Assembly: GCF_001194135.2 (NCBI RefSeq)
Contig: NC_069007.1
Location: 21,642,827-21,706,826 of the forward strand
Direction: 5' to 3'
Source of the DNA: Octopus bimaculoides
Taxonomy: Eukaryota
Length of the DNA: 64,000 nucleotides
The translations under genes were made by a program, and so were the position numbers. Shown here piece by piece: positions 22,501-37,500 of the stretch (its first letter is position 1; each line of letters begins with the position of its first letter). Below the pieces are notes generated by a model that searched no databases, was not told the origin of the DNA, and saw nothing but the letters and a program-made list of their open reading frames with translations.

Positions 22501-25500
22501 GTCCTGAGCAACTGTTGGCACTCTACAAGGCCCCCAAATATGCTCCCCCCGTCCCCCCACCACCACCACCAACCACTATATACAGGAGTATGAAGTTCTC
22601 ATCAGATACCTGAAACGATGCACCTCCTTCCAATCACTGACATCCAAGACCACACGCAGAAGAAAGCCATCCACCTGATCCGTAAATCTACAAATGTTTT
22701 GCTAGTGATACGCTGTGCCCTTGCTCTGAGTCTCTTGGTACAGCAACTGCAACTGCAGCCTCTGCCCTTCAACAACCACTGACTACTACACCTCACCAAA
22801 CACCAAACCCCATACTATCCACCTACTTTTCAGCTTCTTTCTCACTCCCATTAAGTCATTGTCACTTTACATTAACCTTCGACTCTTCAAACCCCAATGC
22901 CCAACACAAAAAAAAATCTTTCTGAATTAACTGGAACCCCAACAGTTAAAAGAAATGGATTTACTTCTCTCGCTACAAAAATGAAAATAAATGACACAGA
23001 AATACACAAATCAAATGACAATGTGTATATAATAAAGAGGAGAAAAGCAATTTCCTCCATTCTAGTCTCTACGTTTCGAAATGATCTCAGCTTCGCATGT
23101 TTCACATTCAAACCAAATATACAAAACAAACAGCAACAACTACATCACCACCATCATTTAATGTCCACTTGTCCATGCTTGCATGAGTTGGAAGGAACTT
23201 GCCAAGGCAGATTTTTTACAACTGGATGCCCTTTCTGTCACCAAACCTCACTTGTTCTCAAGTAAGGTAATATTCCCCCATAATCAAACCTGTTTTCCCA
23301 GAAGATTAGAAGTGCTACCATGGGTCAGATGGAATGTTGCTAAGGCAGATTTCCTATGGCTAGATGCTCTTCCCATTGCCAATCCTAACCAGACATGTTT
23401 TTCACAGAAGACTGGGAACAAAGGATATTGCTTTGCATGATGGTGACATATGTTCACAGCTATCACACTATGTCAAGGCAAAGAGACACAAACACACAAA
23501 TCATTAAGGTGGCTATTCACAATCTACAACGGAAAGGTGACAAGTACAGTTGTCACTAAAGAGACGGAGGGTGCTAGTGGGCACCAGCATTGCTAGAAAT
23601 AAGAGTCAAAACAACTCTTAGCCATGTGAAAGCACTTTTCTAACGACTGACAAGGGAGACAGGCTCCCACCCTACGACAAGCAAGTCAAATCAGCGCTGA
23701 TTTCAGATTTGATTAATCTTCATCACTGACCCGTTACTCAGTTACCGAGGGTTAAAGACTTAACTCACCTTGTCAGTCTTATCAGATCTGAAATCAGTGT
23801 TGATATGATTCCACCTTGATTGCCGGAGGGAGGGAGCTTGTCCCCCTTGTCAATCATTGGAAAAGTGCTCTCAATTGGCTAAGAGTTCTTTTAACTCTTA
23901 TTTCTAGCAATGCTGGTGCTCACGAGCACCCTCTGTCACTTTAGTGATGACTATACTTTATCTATACACACACACACACACACACACACACATGCGTGCG
24001 GCAAATTTTTCAGTCGGTATATACATCACAAAATAATTTTGTCATCTGGCTGACACTAATAAAGAAACAAGGCAGTCTTCTAGTTTATCCAGTTTGATTT
24101 TGAAATAACTCTGAATCAAGTTTTGAATTAATTGCAAGCAATAAATTCACAACTCATCTTCTTCAAGTCAAAAACTAGTTTCAACAATTACTTCTCTCTA
24201 TTTCTGATGTTAATTAATAATGTTAGTAAATTTCACCATTATTATCACTCAATCCGTACACACATCATGTATGGGATGAAGAAGTAGTACAGACTATGGT
24301 GTTGATCCAGTTGTAGCCACTGCTCAGTGGCTGAAACTAGTGAAATGGCTTTGAATTATGTCAAGCAGTGTTACAGATGCAATTTTAATGAACGCAAAAT
24401 GCAAAGAGAAAGGTGTAGGATTAGTAAAATACTCTTAATGACAATATTCTAAACTAAAACCCTGAAAAAAGTGACAAGCTACTGAGAGAATTACAAACAC
24501 ACATCATGAGATGTGTGTATGCAGTGTGTAGATTATAGACACATACATATATCACCCAAAGCATATTTCATATGCCTGTGTATTATGCACATATACACAC
24601 ATGCACATCATTTTGTTTCGTATCTGAATTTCCATGCAAATATCACCAACCTGTACTCATTTCTCAAATAAGAGAATATGCATGTATAAACACAGTAAAT
24701 AGACACCCTACATTAACCCTTTTATTGGTACAGTCACTACCCGGTGCTTCAAACTCGTTAATGCATTATACACAAGGCATGCCTACTAAATACGGGATTA
24801 AGTATTCCAATGCACCAAATGACATTATTTTCTCACAAAGGTGTCTATTTACTTTTGAGATGCCTGTGCATACACACCTACATACATATGTATATTCATA
24901 CACACACAAATATATATATATATATATACACAGATATCGTGTATATAGATGTAAAAATTGCCAAGCTAACTCGTATTATGAATTACGTATCTCCTTGGCC
25001 ATGAAGAGGCCAGAGAAGAGGTGCTTAGCTTTGAGCCTTGAAAATCTCACACCTATGCCCAACAGTTAACTAAACCAGTCCCTGTAGAAGATGTCCAGCT
25101 CCAAAACAGAACAAAAAACTGGTCCCTGAATTCCCAAATTAGTTGGTTCGGTACCTTTTTCACCTTCACGCTGTTTCTAATTGTCATATTACAAAGGCAA
25201 GAAAACGAGTAAATATAACAATAAAAGCCATGGAGGGAGAGGATCATTTGAAGACCCAACATTATTAAGAAACTGTGAAGAGACATTCCGACCCTTTCAA
25301 TCTGCTCTCCAGTTCCCTTAACCAAACACTATTCATTCGAACCACAGACATTATAACCCTTTCACCACTCAGTCCCCACCTCCCACTCACACACCAGCCC
25401 TCCATCTCAAATATCAAAATATCTTTCCTTCTATTTTTACCTCCCCACCAAAAACCTAATTAACTAATTAAACATATTTCAAAGTAACATGACATGGAAC

Positions 25501-28500
25501 TGAAACTTTGCCCCCTCTTATATCGGTTACATATTTCACCCCTGCTATTCTTTTAGACTAGTATTTACATTATGGGTCTTTTTTTGCTTTTTTTACATGC
25601 ATATTTGTTGATTTGTTAAAAACTTTTTTTTTGCGCTGCCAAAATGCTACTTTGATGTAATTAACATAGCTTAGGTGAATGATGTTCTCAATAACCGCAA
25701 GTCATCAGCAGTGATTGAAAACTCACCATTAACTCAGGGAAAGGTGGCCTTGCCGAGAACCGTCTAATAGCTTGGATGGCAGCGTCAGGAGGATAGACGA
25801 GATTAGCAGTTCCAGGAGCAGCAGCAGGAGCAGCCGCCGCCGACACGCCACCGCTTCCAGCAACACCACCACTCACACCACTGCCTGCGGTAGAAACACA
25901 TGGTGCACTGACAGAAGCAGCAGCAGCAGGGCTCACCTGAAGAGGGGGAAGAAGAGGAGGTTGCGATTGGGTAGGTGGCGCTGCATGTGCTACTGCACCT
26001 GGCATATTCATCTGAGCCGACTGGATTCGCCGCTGGGCTGCAGCTCGCAGAACTGCTTCAGAGCAATGCTGATCCTGCAAGGAAAGAAAAAAACAGAAAA
26101 ACAACGCCATTTAGAATCTCAAATAAACGAAAACCAAGTAAGAGAATGGAAGAGAGAAAGTGTTCAGGACTTGATCTCTTGATACACACAAACAACTACA
26201 CACTAGGTCAAGATATATATACAGACAACAGCATAGAATACGTTGGATAGGGTCCAATTCTACCCTGCATCTGTATTAAGGGGTCTTCAGAACATTTGAG
26301 AGGTACAGGCATGTCTGTGTAGTTAAGAAACCTGCTTTGCAACCTCATGGTTTAAGGTTCCATACCTCAAAACGACACCTTGGGCAAGTATCTGCTACAA
26401 TAGGCCCAGGTAAACCAGTGCCTTGTGAGTGGACTTGGTCAACGGAAACTATGTGGAAGCCCATTGTGAGCATGTGTCTGACAACCAGTGTTGGTTTGTT
26501 TACATCCCCACAGCTTACTGTTCAGCAAAGAGAGACTGATAGAATGATGCGAAATCATGTGTTGAAACAGATATTGTTTTATTTCAGAATGGTCATTTCT
26601 TTTTTTCTTGCCAAATAAGAACACGCACTATACATTCATTCTTCACTCGTTTATTACTGCTCTTAGTTTATCTTATGTCCACTGTCTGGAAATCTTTCAT
26701 CACACATCCATGACCTCTTCCATCCACGTGTATCCTCTAGTTCTGTTTGATCCATGGACTAAACAGAACAGGATACGAACCAACACGCCTACCTGGGAGA
26801 AAAAAGTGAAGTTACACATGCTTCAATGACAATTCAAAACCAACGGAACCTGGATCAAGAACAATGGAGGAAAGTGATGAATGGCCTATGCTTCATAGGG
26901 AACAAAGAATTGTTACTGAGTGACCACCACTGAATAATACTGACCTGTATGTGTGTGACCAAAGACCATTTTTTCCTTTCCAATTTTTCACAGCCTTCCC
27001 ATTTACAAACTCCATCAGACTCTGCCATGACATGTGCACTGTAAACGTGACTGTAGACACCTTTGCTGGTCTCAAAACAGCTGAAACAAAACAGGGGGGA
27101 AAAAAGGCTCTCAATGAAACACAGAGGAATGGAGCAACATTTCACAAGATACTGCAAATACCAAATAGACTCAAGAAAGACGGAGAAAACAGTGTAGCAG
27201 GGCCATGGTGTTGGACAGACCGTGGCTACTATTCACCCCCATCCCCTGAGACACAGGCTCATCAGTTCCACCTCGATCTCACAGTAAAGCATGTCACAAG
27301 GAAACTCAAATCCCATTTCTCTCAATCTGTTAACCACATCATCATCATTTAGTGTCCATTCTCCATGCTGGCATGGATCAAGGAACAAGTTGGAGTTCAA
27401 CAACAACAACAACAACAACCACCACCACATTGTCAAGGCTGACCAGGGCTGACAACAATTGATACAAGTGTGTGATAGCCATTACAGTTATTATAAAATT
27501 CCATGAACTTAGATTTTTAAAAAAAACATATATATATACACAAAGGTTAATGGAGGTGAGGCATCGACCCGTGGTTGTAGACTGGAGTTGAGAAGTTATG
27601 GTCAGCCAACAGTTGTGGTTTTTAATCTTTGGCTTTCAAATTCCTCTCAAATGAAATATTTATTTATTAACATTGTTTGGAATTTGTCATGCATTGTCTC
27701 ACTGCTTCAACATTCCGATGATGTGATGGCTTATTTTAAAGATCACATTGTAAGGTAGGTGTGAGAGGTTAGATCTGGCCAGTTTAAATGCTAAAGGGTT
27801 AAGCAATGTTTCTAAACTGCATGCTCAATTTGGATCTACATCATTCTTCATTTTATCACTGGGGGTTTGGTTCTAAAAACCACAGTTATAAAGGAATCCT
27901 CTCCATATATTTTGTAAATGATAGATTTACCTTTACCTTTACCTGTAGGGAATACACTTGTCTTCATATTTTTTCTGTTCCCCGGTCCCATGTGGATGGG
28001 TTCAAATACATAAATCAATACAAAATCAATACAAAACAATGACTCACAAATCCCAAATTTGTAAGAGGAACGTCTGGCTAATTGAATCAACCAATATACA
28101 TGGCTGGGAATTGGTTTTTCTGATCACCCTCACAATCAAGCGGAACTTGATAGTAAAACAGAAATAAATCCAAATACAATTTATTTCCTCTCAAACACAC
28201 AGACTCGGATGTGTGCAGGTGTCTGTATACCTGTATATGTAAGTGCATTCAGACACACACACACACAATCCTAGCAATGATGATGATGATGACGATGACA
28301 GTGGTAGTGATAGTAGTGGTGGTGGTGGTGGTGGTGGTTTCCTTTACAGTCATAATGAAAACAACAACAACAACAACAACATTAAAGAACACTTACCGTT
28401 TACAGTTGGCCCACTCACAAACAAATTCTGAACCAATCGATGACGAACACCTTGAGTCTGCACTACCAGCATTGTTCCGAATTCGCTTCCGAGCCTTAAC

Positions 28501-31500
28501 CAACTTATCAGCACCTGTGCCTGGAACACCTTTGGGAGATATGGACTGAGCAGGACGCAGGGCAGTATCTTTACTATCTTTATACAACAGCGTACCCGAT
28601 AAGAGTGTACCCTGATTAAAGTTGGAATGCTGTTTTTCAAAAGCGTCCTGAACTGAAGAAACACTAGAGCTGTCACAGCTGATGTCTCCATCACCAGAAT
28701 CTGATGCTGGAACCAGCCGTGATTCACAAGTCCTATTTACATGGCTACATAACACAGTTGAATTTTGTTTATCAGATTTTTTCTTCAAACAATTGCTACC
28801 AGAACAATCTGACGGCCGCTGTTTCTTTGCGGCACATGTACCAGAACTCAAATGTGTTGCAGTCTTTTCAATATTATTACTGTCTGTTAAAAATTTACAA
28901 TCGCTTATTGTTTCTTGTAGTCCATTTACAACACAACCATTTTCCGGAACCCTAGCAACAGAAGATGATGAGTTTGACGATGATGATGATGATAATGATG
29001 ACACACTCGCCTTCCGCTTCCTCTCTTTTTGATTCTCTGCCGAGAGCTGTAGTTTGGTGTCCAGTGAAGGTTTACTGTCACTGCTGCCTAAATGGTTTAG
29101 AATTCCATTGACTTTGTTAAATTTGTCAACAGGTTTATTCAACAAAATCTTTTCACCGACACTCAACTCTTCTGACTTGATATCAAAGTTCAGTTTGACA
29201 TCAACAGTTGAAGCAGACGTAACACCATTGTGCAACTGTTCATTACTTGCACCGCTAGGACACATCTTGGTGTCCACTAATGTCTGAATATTATTATTGT
29301 TATTATTGTTGTTATTGTTATTATTATGCGGACACAAGCAATGAGCCGTGACCGCTGCACTGCCAGACTTCACACCACCGTTCACTTGAGCCCCCGCTGC
29401 CAGTGTTCGGTTCGGTTTCGGAGACTCGCAAGTGCTGCTGCTAACCGACAGTTTCGGGCCGGAGTTCTCACTGTCAACGGGAACTTCTGGATGTGTTAAG
29501 ACATCGTCTTCCTGTTTTGTGGAAACTGTATTAGAATTTGAAACCTCGCTTTTACCAATAGCATCGGACTGAGTCTTCTCTTCTTTAACGTCTGTCAATA
29601 GAGGTTTGTGTGGATGATATGTTGTTGATATTGTTGTTGATGAGGATGAGGATGATGGCGATGATGATGATGATGATTGTTGATTACTATGACAAGTATT
29701 GCTGCCCAACATGTCGACATTTTTCTTCAACTCTTTACTCGCTGAATATACAAAAGCTACAGGCGATTCAGCAATCTTCTCTTCCATACCAATGTCCATA
29801 GTCGGAATGCTGTGTGTGTGATTATGTAAAAGGTTTTTCTCGTCGGAGCCTGTCAGCAGGATGTTTTGAAAAGAAGCACCCGGAACGTCTTTCGCATTGC
29901 TCACAACATCCGAATTCTGTAACGACTCAGATTTCTCTAAATTGGACGGCTCAGCAGCCCCTTCTAACAGCTTTAGGCATTTGTTCTCAACGCGCTCAAT
30001 TCTTGCCTCAGACCCTTCTTTCACAATGTCCTTAGCACATTCTACCTCTCCACAAACCTCCAACTCAAAATCCTGTGGTGTCTGCGGAGAAGAAGCATTG
30101 GACAACACAGAGTCGGTGTCTAAAGATTTACATTTCGATGTAACCAGCTTGGGTGTTGATGCACGACAAGGGTGAGAAGTGAAGTTCTTCACGGGACTAA
30201 CTCTACCTTTCTTCATTTTCTGTGAATTCTCCAGCAGCATATTCTGACTAGAAGGGAACAACGGTCCCTGGGATTGAAAAACACATTTTGTGAGGGTTTG
30301 TGGAGAGAGGTTGCTATCTAAAGATGCTTCTCCAGGTGAAACTGGCGACACTTTAGAGAAGATTGTATTAGCAGTTGCAGTTGTTGTATTGGTGGCAGTA
30401 GTAGTAGTAGTAGTAGCTGTTGACACTTGAGTTACTGGCCTGTACTGGATGACCACTTCATTCTGCTGCAAACTACTATCAATGGTCTGTGACAAAGCAT
30501 TGAGTGGCAGTGAACTGGGGGCAGGGTTGCTGTTGGCTGGTGCCGGGGTCTGGCTCAAACCGTTTCCAAATAGTTGACTCGTCTCCAGAGTTAAGCTCTG
30601 TTGGCTGTTAGGAATATTACTGTCAGGCAAGTCGTGAATTACAATTTGCTGCTGCAAATGTTGAGGTTGCAAAGTAGACTGTTGCTGACTTGGTTGAGCC
30701 TGTATCACAAATTGCTGTTGTTGTGGCGGCACCTGAATGACTAGCTGTTGCGTTTGCAGAGTGGCTGGTGTAGTCTGTATGACAAGCTGTTGAGTTGCTT
30801 GAACAGGCTGACCTTGTGGCGTTGACGGCATCTGGATGACCAGCTGCTGTTGTTGCTGAGCTTGCGGCTGCTGCAGGAGAATCTGAGATCCTTGGATGAC
30901 AAACGACTCTTCCGGCCGGGAAGAAACAGCTTGTGTGGCATCTTGTTGGTCCTGCAGCTCAGCTTGAACAACTAAAGGCTCCTGGTTGTTTAACTGTCCC
31001 GAGACAGCTTGAACGACAATGTCCTGTTGATGGAGACTTGCTTCAGAGTTCAGTTGGATCACTAACTCGTCCGGTTTCAAACCACTGTTAGCATCTTGGG
31101 TGCCAGGTAACGCTTTCACGGCAGTCTGCAACAGGACTGGCTTATTTCCTTGGCCAGTCTGCTGCGAGTTTTGTGCACTTTGTACGACATTTGCATCAAC
31201 ATTGACTGCTAACTGCGTCGTGGCAGACCCCAAAGATACTTCTACTTTCTTAGAATCTTGCTGGCTGGTCTGTTGGGAAAATGGCTGCTCAGTCGGGAGA
31301 ACTGCATCAGGCTTCTCCAACTGGCTTTCCAAAGATTGTGCGAGATGTAATTCATTAGATGCAGGCGCCAGATTTCCCTTCAATTCTTCTTGAAGATCTT
31401 CATGACCAGTGTCCGGCTCAGTCTGTTGGCTGTCTGTTTCCATGTTTTCTTCTTGCCGTAAATTGTTATCACATGTGGTCTGCTGAGAGTCTTTTGGTGC

Positions 31501-34500
31501 GCTGTCCTGGGTGCTTACTAGCAGACTCTGCTGGGATTGGTCTTCGGTTGTATAGCACGAGTCTTGACTAATGGAGGTTTGCGATTCCATTGTGTCAGAC
31601 GGTGCCGGAGAATCGATTGACGGTGGATGCCATTCCATCACCGGAACTGTCACTGCCCTGACAACATTCTGTTTGTTGGGTTTGGTTTCGAGGCTTGGAA
31701 ACCCATCCTGAGACATTGCAGCATCAGATCGAGCAGGTGAAGGAGGGGCGTTGGAGATTGAGGAGATAGTTAAGGGAGTTTCTTGACATTGGTGAGATGG
31801 ACTTTGAGTTCCTCGGTTTTGGTTGAGCTTCTTGGCAAGTAAAGTTTTAATTAAGTTTGTTTCTGAGGGCAGGCGATTTCCTGCGGTTCCAACACCGTCT
31901 TGGAATGGACTGCCTTTACCCTGCAGGTTTGGTTTAGTTTGCTGCCTTGAAGGGTTGGAGGCAGGGGCTTGAGTCTGGTCAGATTCCATATGCAAAGCAT
32001 GTTGGATGCAAGAATACGAAGGATTCTGACTGAGAGTTGTCTGTGTATTAAGAGGAGAATCTTGTAGTTTCAAAGACTGTTGAGCAATAGGGGACCGGAG
32101 CTGTTGCTGGAGAACAGAAACAGTTTTACATTGTACGTTGGGTGTTGAAGTAGACACAGCTGATACCACAAGGGTACGACTGATGGGTGTCGAGGGCGTT
32201 GGTGGTAAAGGATTGGCTAAGTTTCTCGAAGGCGTTCCGGGAGACTGCAGTATTTTGGCGCAATGTTTCTGTTGGTTTGACTGGTTGTGATGACTTTTCG
32301 GCGTGTGTGGTGTCGCTGGACTCGAGCCTGATGGATGCTGACCTCCGGGAAGCTGACTTGAGTGTGAACTGCTGCTACCTACAGGGAAAGGTGGGCAAGA
32401 ATCCGGTTGAAGATGGAGAAGAGGTGGTTCCAATAGTCGTTGTCTTAATGTTGGGGTGTGTGTTAAACACGACTGAGAAGAGTTAGCTACTTTCTGAAAG
32501 CCATGCGACGAGTGAATGCTATTTTTATCAACTGAAAGCAAGAAACAAAAGAAAACATAGCATAGCAGAACACTACAGCACAACAACAACAACAACAACA
32601 AACAGCAATTTGAACCAAAATAAAACAAATCGACAGAAATTTCATTCTAACAAAAATAATAACAAAAGTAAAAATAATAATTATAATAAAATAGCCACAA
32701 CAACAATAAAGGCTCTCTCTAGACGTTACAGGAGAGACAAACTCCTATAATGCTACGGTCTAACAGTGTCTGCAGTTAAAGCTATCTTAAGTGAGTGCTA
32801 GACATATTTAATATGGCAAGCATTAAAAAAAAAACACTAATTACAAATTATTAATTAGTGATACTGAAGAGCGTTTTCCATTTAACTTTCCCTTCTAATA
32901 TCATTCTTCGTATATCTTACGCTTTTACTGTGACCAAAGTACTTCAGCTTCCTTTTTTTTAATAGCTAAGACTGATTATCCTTTAGTATTTGCTAGTTGT
33001 AACTTTAGTTGTAATTTGTCTGAGATATTCTTTCTTTCTATTATGCCAGTGCAGGACCAAGGGGCCTCAGCATGTTCTCTCCACCAACGATGGTCCGATG
33101 TGGAGACTGTTAATCTGACCATCAGGTCACACTGGTTTGATGAGCCTATTCTGCTATGCTGGCTCAACATGACTTGGCAGAGGAATACAGTTTTTATACT
33201 CATACTCAGGAGTAGTTAAGTCAATTACATAAACACCCACTGTTCAGCTGGTACTCATTTTATCAACCCTCAAAGAATATTCATAACATTCTTTTATGTC
33301 CAAATTTCAAAAGCTTCCAGTTTGTCAGAGTTTTCATCAATGCCCACATTCCTGCACCACATAATAGTGCAGACCACATAACAGTGTAAACATTTGCACA
33401 GCTTTTCCTCGTTTCTATACGTACGTTCCTTGATGTTAAAGCCTTTGGCCTATTATCATCGTACAGCAATAATAAACGGGTCCCATGAACAGACCAGGAG
33501 AGAGCTTCATGTGACCATGATCTGAACTGGAACAGTACTTCAGTGTGTTTGGTTCTGTTGCGGTGACGAGTCAACCTAACGCAAACTGTCAGCTCCTATA
33601 ACACATCTAAATATGCTACATGCTAGGTTCACTAACATACTTAACCCTTTAGCCTTCACATTACTCCATCAAATGTTCTGCTTATTTATTCACACTGCAT
33701 TATCTCATAGCTTTGAGATTTCAATGATGTGATTGTATATTTTTGGAATGGCACTGTAGGGTAAGTGTGAGAGGCCAGATCTGGCCAGTTTGAACATAAG
33801 ACAGAGCTGGTTTAAATACTAAAGGATTAAAGCTGCTGTACACCTAAATACACTTGCAAGGCACATCAACAGATCCAAGGCTGCTTGGTAGTAGGTATAT
33901 AGCTAAATAAACTATGTCAATAGTGAGTCTAGAGAGCACCATAATATATTAAATAAAAATACAACAAATATTTAAGCTTTAGTAAGAAAGAAAGAAAACA
34001 CCAAAAATATACACATTGGAGAAAAAAGCATGCACAGTTGAAGAATTATATACATAAAACAGAAATAATAAGTTCCAAAAGCTGATAACAATGGAATAAT
34101 AGGAAGAAATACATTAAAATAATGTTCAAAGCAGTTTTTAAATATATCAGAAGAAAATAGTTTTTAATGGTTTTATTAGGCAACTCTCTCAGCAGTTAAG
34201 GTTTCAATATAAATAGGGACACACCTGGGATCATAGATGGAATTAAAAGGAATTCGGTTCTCAATTTCCAATCTAACACAACAATCTATTTGTAGAATTT
34301 TTCAAGCTATGGTTATTCAATTTAACAGGGGAAACCTTTTTACAGTCATATAGCCTATCATAAACAGCAACCAAATTTTCCTCAACTTGTGCCCTACAGT
34401 GGGGTCCTAAATTCATTCTATCTGAATACAAAAAGGGATTATTATAACAAGAGCATCTCTGACCATATTCCTGTTGAATGAGAGCCAGCCTGAGGGTTAA

Positions 34501-37500
34501 CGAATAGCTACTAACAAGTAACTCCGTATATCTGAATAAAACGAATGCAAAGTTGGAGCTGGAACATCTTTGGTTATAGATTTTTTAGACCAGAACCGAC
34601 TTGAGCCTCCAGACAAGTAGCAATAGTAATGCTGCTAAAACAGATATTGAATTCTTGGAAATCGCACATGTCTGCAACCCACATAGAATCACCCACCCTA
34701 CTAAACCAGTTTCCATATCATGCTGGAACAAATAATTCTTATACAATTGAGAGTCAGTACTTCTCTACAGCCAACCCATCCAGAAAACACTAGAATATGT
34801 AATGGGTCTCTTATCCAAGACAAGACACAAATGTAAAACTTTGAACTTCAAGTCTAGGCAAGGTTGTTTTTGGAAGACCAGCAATTGCCCATGCATACCA
34901 GCCTCCTCTCTCTCCGTGATGTTATCCAAGGGAAAGGCAAAGGGGCCGATAGAGCTTGGCACTAGCCCAGCTTGGGAATCGAACTCACTACCTAATAATT
35001 GTGAGCCCAGTGCGCTCTAACTATTGAGCCATGTGCCTTCACACTCAGTGTATGTATGTACATGTATGTATATATCTCAACACACACACACATATATATA
35101 TGAGTTTCTTCAGAATCATAGACATTTTAAAACTACCACAGAAGGATAAGTTGGGATATAATAGTTGCTTAAAAAATTATTGGAGCAGATTAGCCATTCC
35201 TTGTAGACACTAACCTGCCCACGAAATCACAGTAATGCCAATCAGATTAATTATAACAGAATGCTGACCACAACACAACAATCATACAAGTGGTATGACA
35301 AGAAGTTGAACACTCACAATTGCAGAAATACTGAATGTTTTGAGAGAAATAACATCAAAAGCTTTCTAAAATTCTTATATTTGAGTAATTAAAAATATTA
35401 ATCTGAATAAATTCAACAGTTAATAACTGAAACACACTTCTCCAAACAGTTACCTTCACTCACAAATCACAAAACAAACTCCATGCTTTCATGTTTTGAC
35501 AAGTGGTTCAAACACAAAACAAAACATTTCCAAATACACGCATAATGCAGACATAATACAAACTTATGTACTATAGATGCAAATACACACACACACACAC
35601 ACACACACATACATACATACACATATCTCTTTCTCTCTCTCTCTCCACACACACATTCATACACATATCTCTCTCTCTCTCTCCACACACACACACACAC
35701 ACACACAAATGCGATAATTACATGTTTTAAAATACTAAAAAAAACTTAACACTAACACGAACATGCAATATGTAAATATATGAGAAATGTGAACGAAAGG
35801 AAAAGCCAACAACAGCAACAAAGTAGCAAAAAAGATGAGGAAAAAATAAATGTAAACATTAAAATAAGGCAAAGAAGATAAAAAAAAAGGTAAGTCGATT
35901 GACATGCAAAAAGCTATCACTACACATCAACTATTAATAGCTAGAAATAGAACGCTCTCAGTGTGCGTGTGTGGACAACAAAAGATCTATAATGTATCAA
36001 TGACTATTGTAGAACAGTGAAGATGAAGAAGGGAGACAACTGCTGATGTGATAAGTTTAACAATTTCAGTAAATTAATGGATACATTTTCATGTCAATAA
36101 TTTCCTTACAAAACTGTAATATATAAAAAGTTAAAATTGAATGCATGTACTCAGCCCACACATACACTTCTATTAAATTGCAAGCTAGTATATGCACAAA
36201 CTATATATAAAGAATAAAAAATTTTGAATGGTAACCAATCAAACATTAGGGAAAAGCTGCCAAGAACTGCATGAGCAGTTATGGCATTTTCAATGTAATC
36301 TAAGACAGTAGAGCACATATTTACTGTTATTATTAAGCTGAAGAAGAAGAGGAACAGAATCTGTAGGCTCTCACAGAAATTGGTGCAGCAGGGGAAGAAC
36401 AAGAGTTTTACCAAAGGTCTTCAACGAAATAAATAGGTCCCCATGACATTAGTGTCTCAAATTGTAGGACTCGTTTGGCTGGTTGTCTGGTTTCCATGGT
36501 GTGTTAAGTGAATGAGATCACAACATTCCCCGCTGGACGGGACACTAGTCCATTATAGGGTCCTTCATTTACAGCTGAGTGAAATTCAGAGTCTTGCTCC
36601 AGAGCACACCACACCACTCTGTCCAGAAACCAGAACCGTGACCTTGCGATTGTGAATCCAACACTCTGTCAGACTAGGCCATGCTCCTCCACCTTCAGTT
36701 GGAGAGATGTAACATAGGAGAGCAATGCTCTATGAAAACCAGCGAGAAGTGTAACCATTCAAACAGAAACAGTCAATTATACCTGAACTTCAACTACATA
36801 ACTATGTAATTATATAACAGTTTCTTTCTCTCATTTAATTGTGGAGACAAAGTGTTTGGTTTTGTTCCACTTAACCATCCATTCTCAGACAATCAAATAG
36901 TTTTCCTTGCAAACCATCAAACCTACCTTGCCAAGTGATTGCAAATGGCAGAGGAGATGACCTCTTTGAAAATCCACTGAACTGAATGTCTTTATTCCCA
37001 TCTTTTCTTTCAATGATTTTCTCTTCAACATTAGGAAATACCGCCCTAAAAAGAGTAAAATGAGAGAAAGTTTGAAAAACTTTAAATGCCTATTTGAAAA
37101 AAACTGTATTGGTTTCTCTAAGATTGTTGCAGAAACCCAACAAGAGAGAACATTACACTATTATGGGTTTGTTTCTCTGTTGAGACTGAAGTACAACAAG
37201 CTGCAAGTAAGAACACGTTTCAAGCTGTTGGTTGACTCTGTCTCCTCTTCAGTCAAACCAATCTTTATTTCACTGACCTCCACTCACCAAGAGGGGTTAA
37301 AGACAAGTTATCCAAGAGGGGATTCAGAAATACAAGGTACAGAACATGAGGACAACAAGGCTCAATGGCAGAGCATGTTTTTCTGTTCTACTTCAGCCAT
37401 TAAAAAAAATAATATTAATTTGAAATTTTGGTACAAGACCATAGCATCAGCACCAGTGCTTTGTGTAAAACACTAGTTTATAAATCACAAAATATTTTTT

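Noticed and set aside
26230-26300. Minus-strand CTGAAGA-CCCCT...AGGGT-AGAAT motif
   Set aside because: GAAA core is altered and there is no NUH triplet adjacent to the putative helix I.
32532-32628. Hydrophobic 'signal peptide' at the start of the 1411-aa ORF ([16 protein letters not shown]...)
   Set aside because: It is the intronic pyrimidine tract upstream of the true acceptor at 32532; the exon continues ARID2 in phase 1.
33281-33600. Possible decayed DDE transposase fragment
   Set aside because: Only vague motif resemblance; I cannot assign a family without a search.
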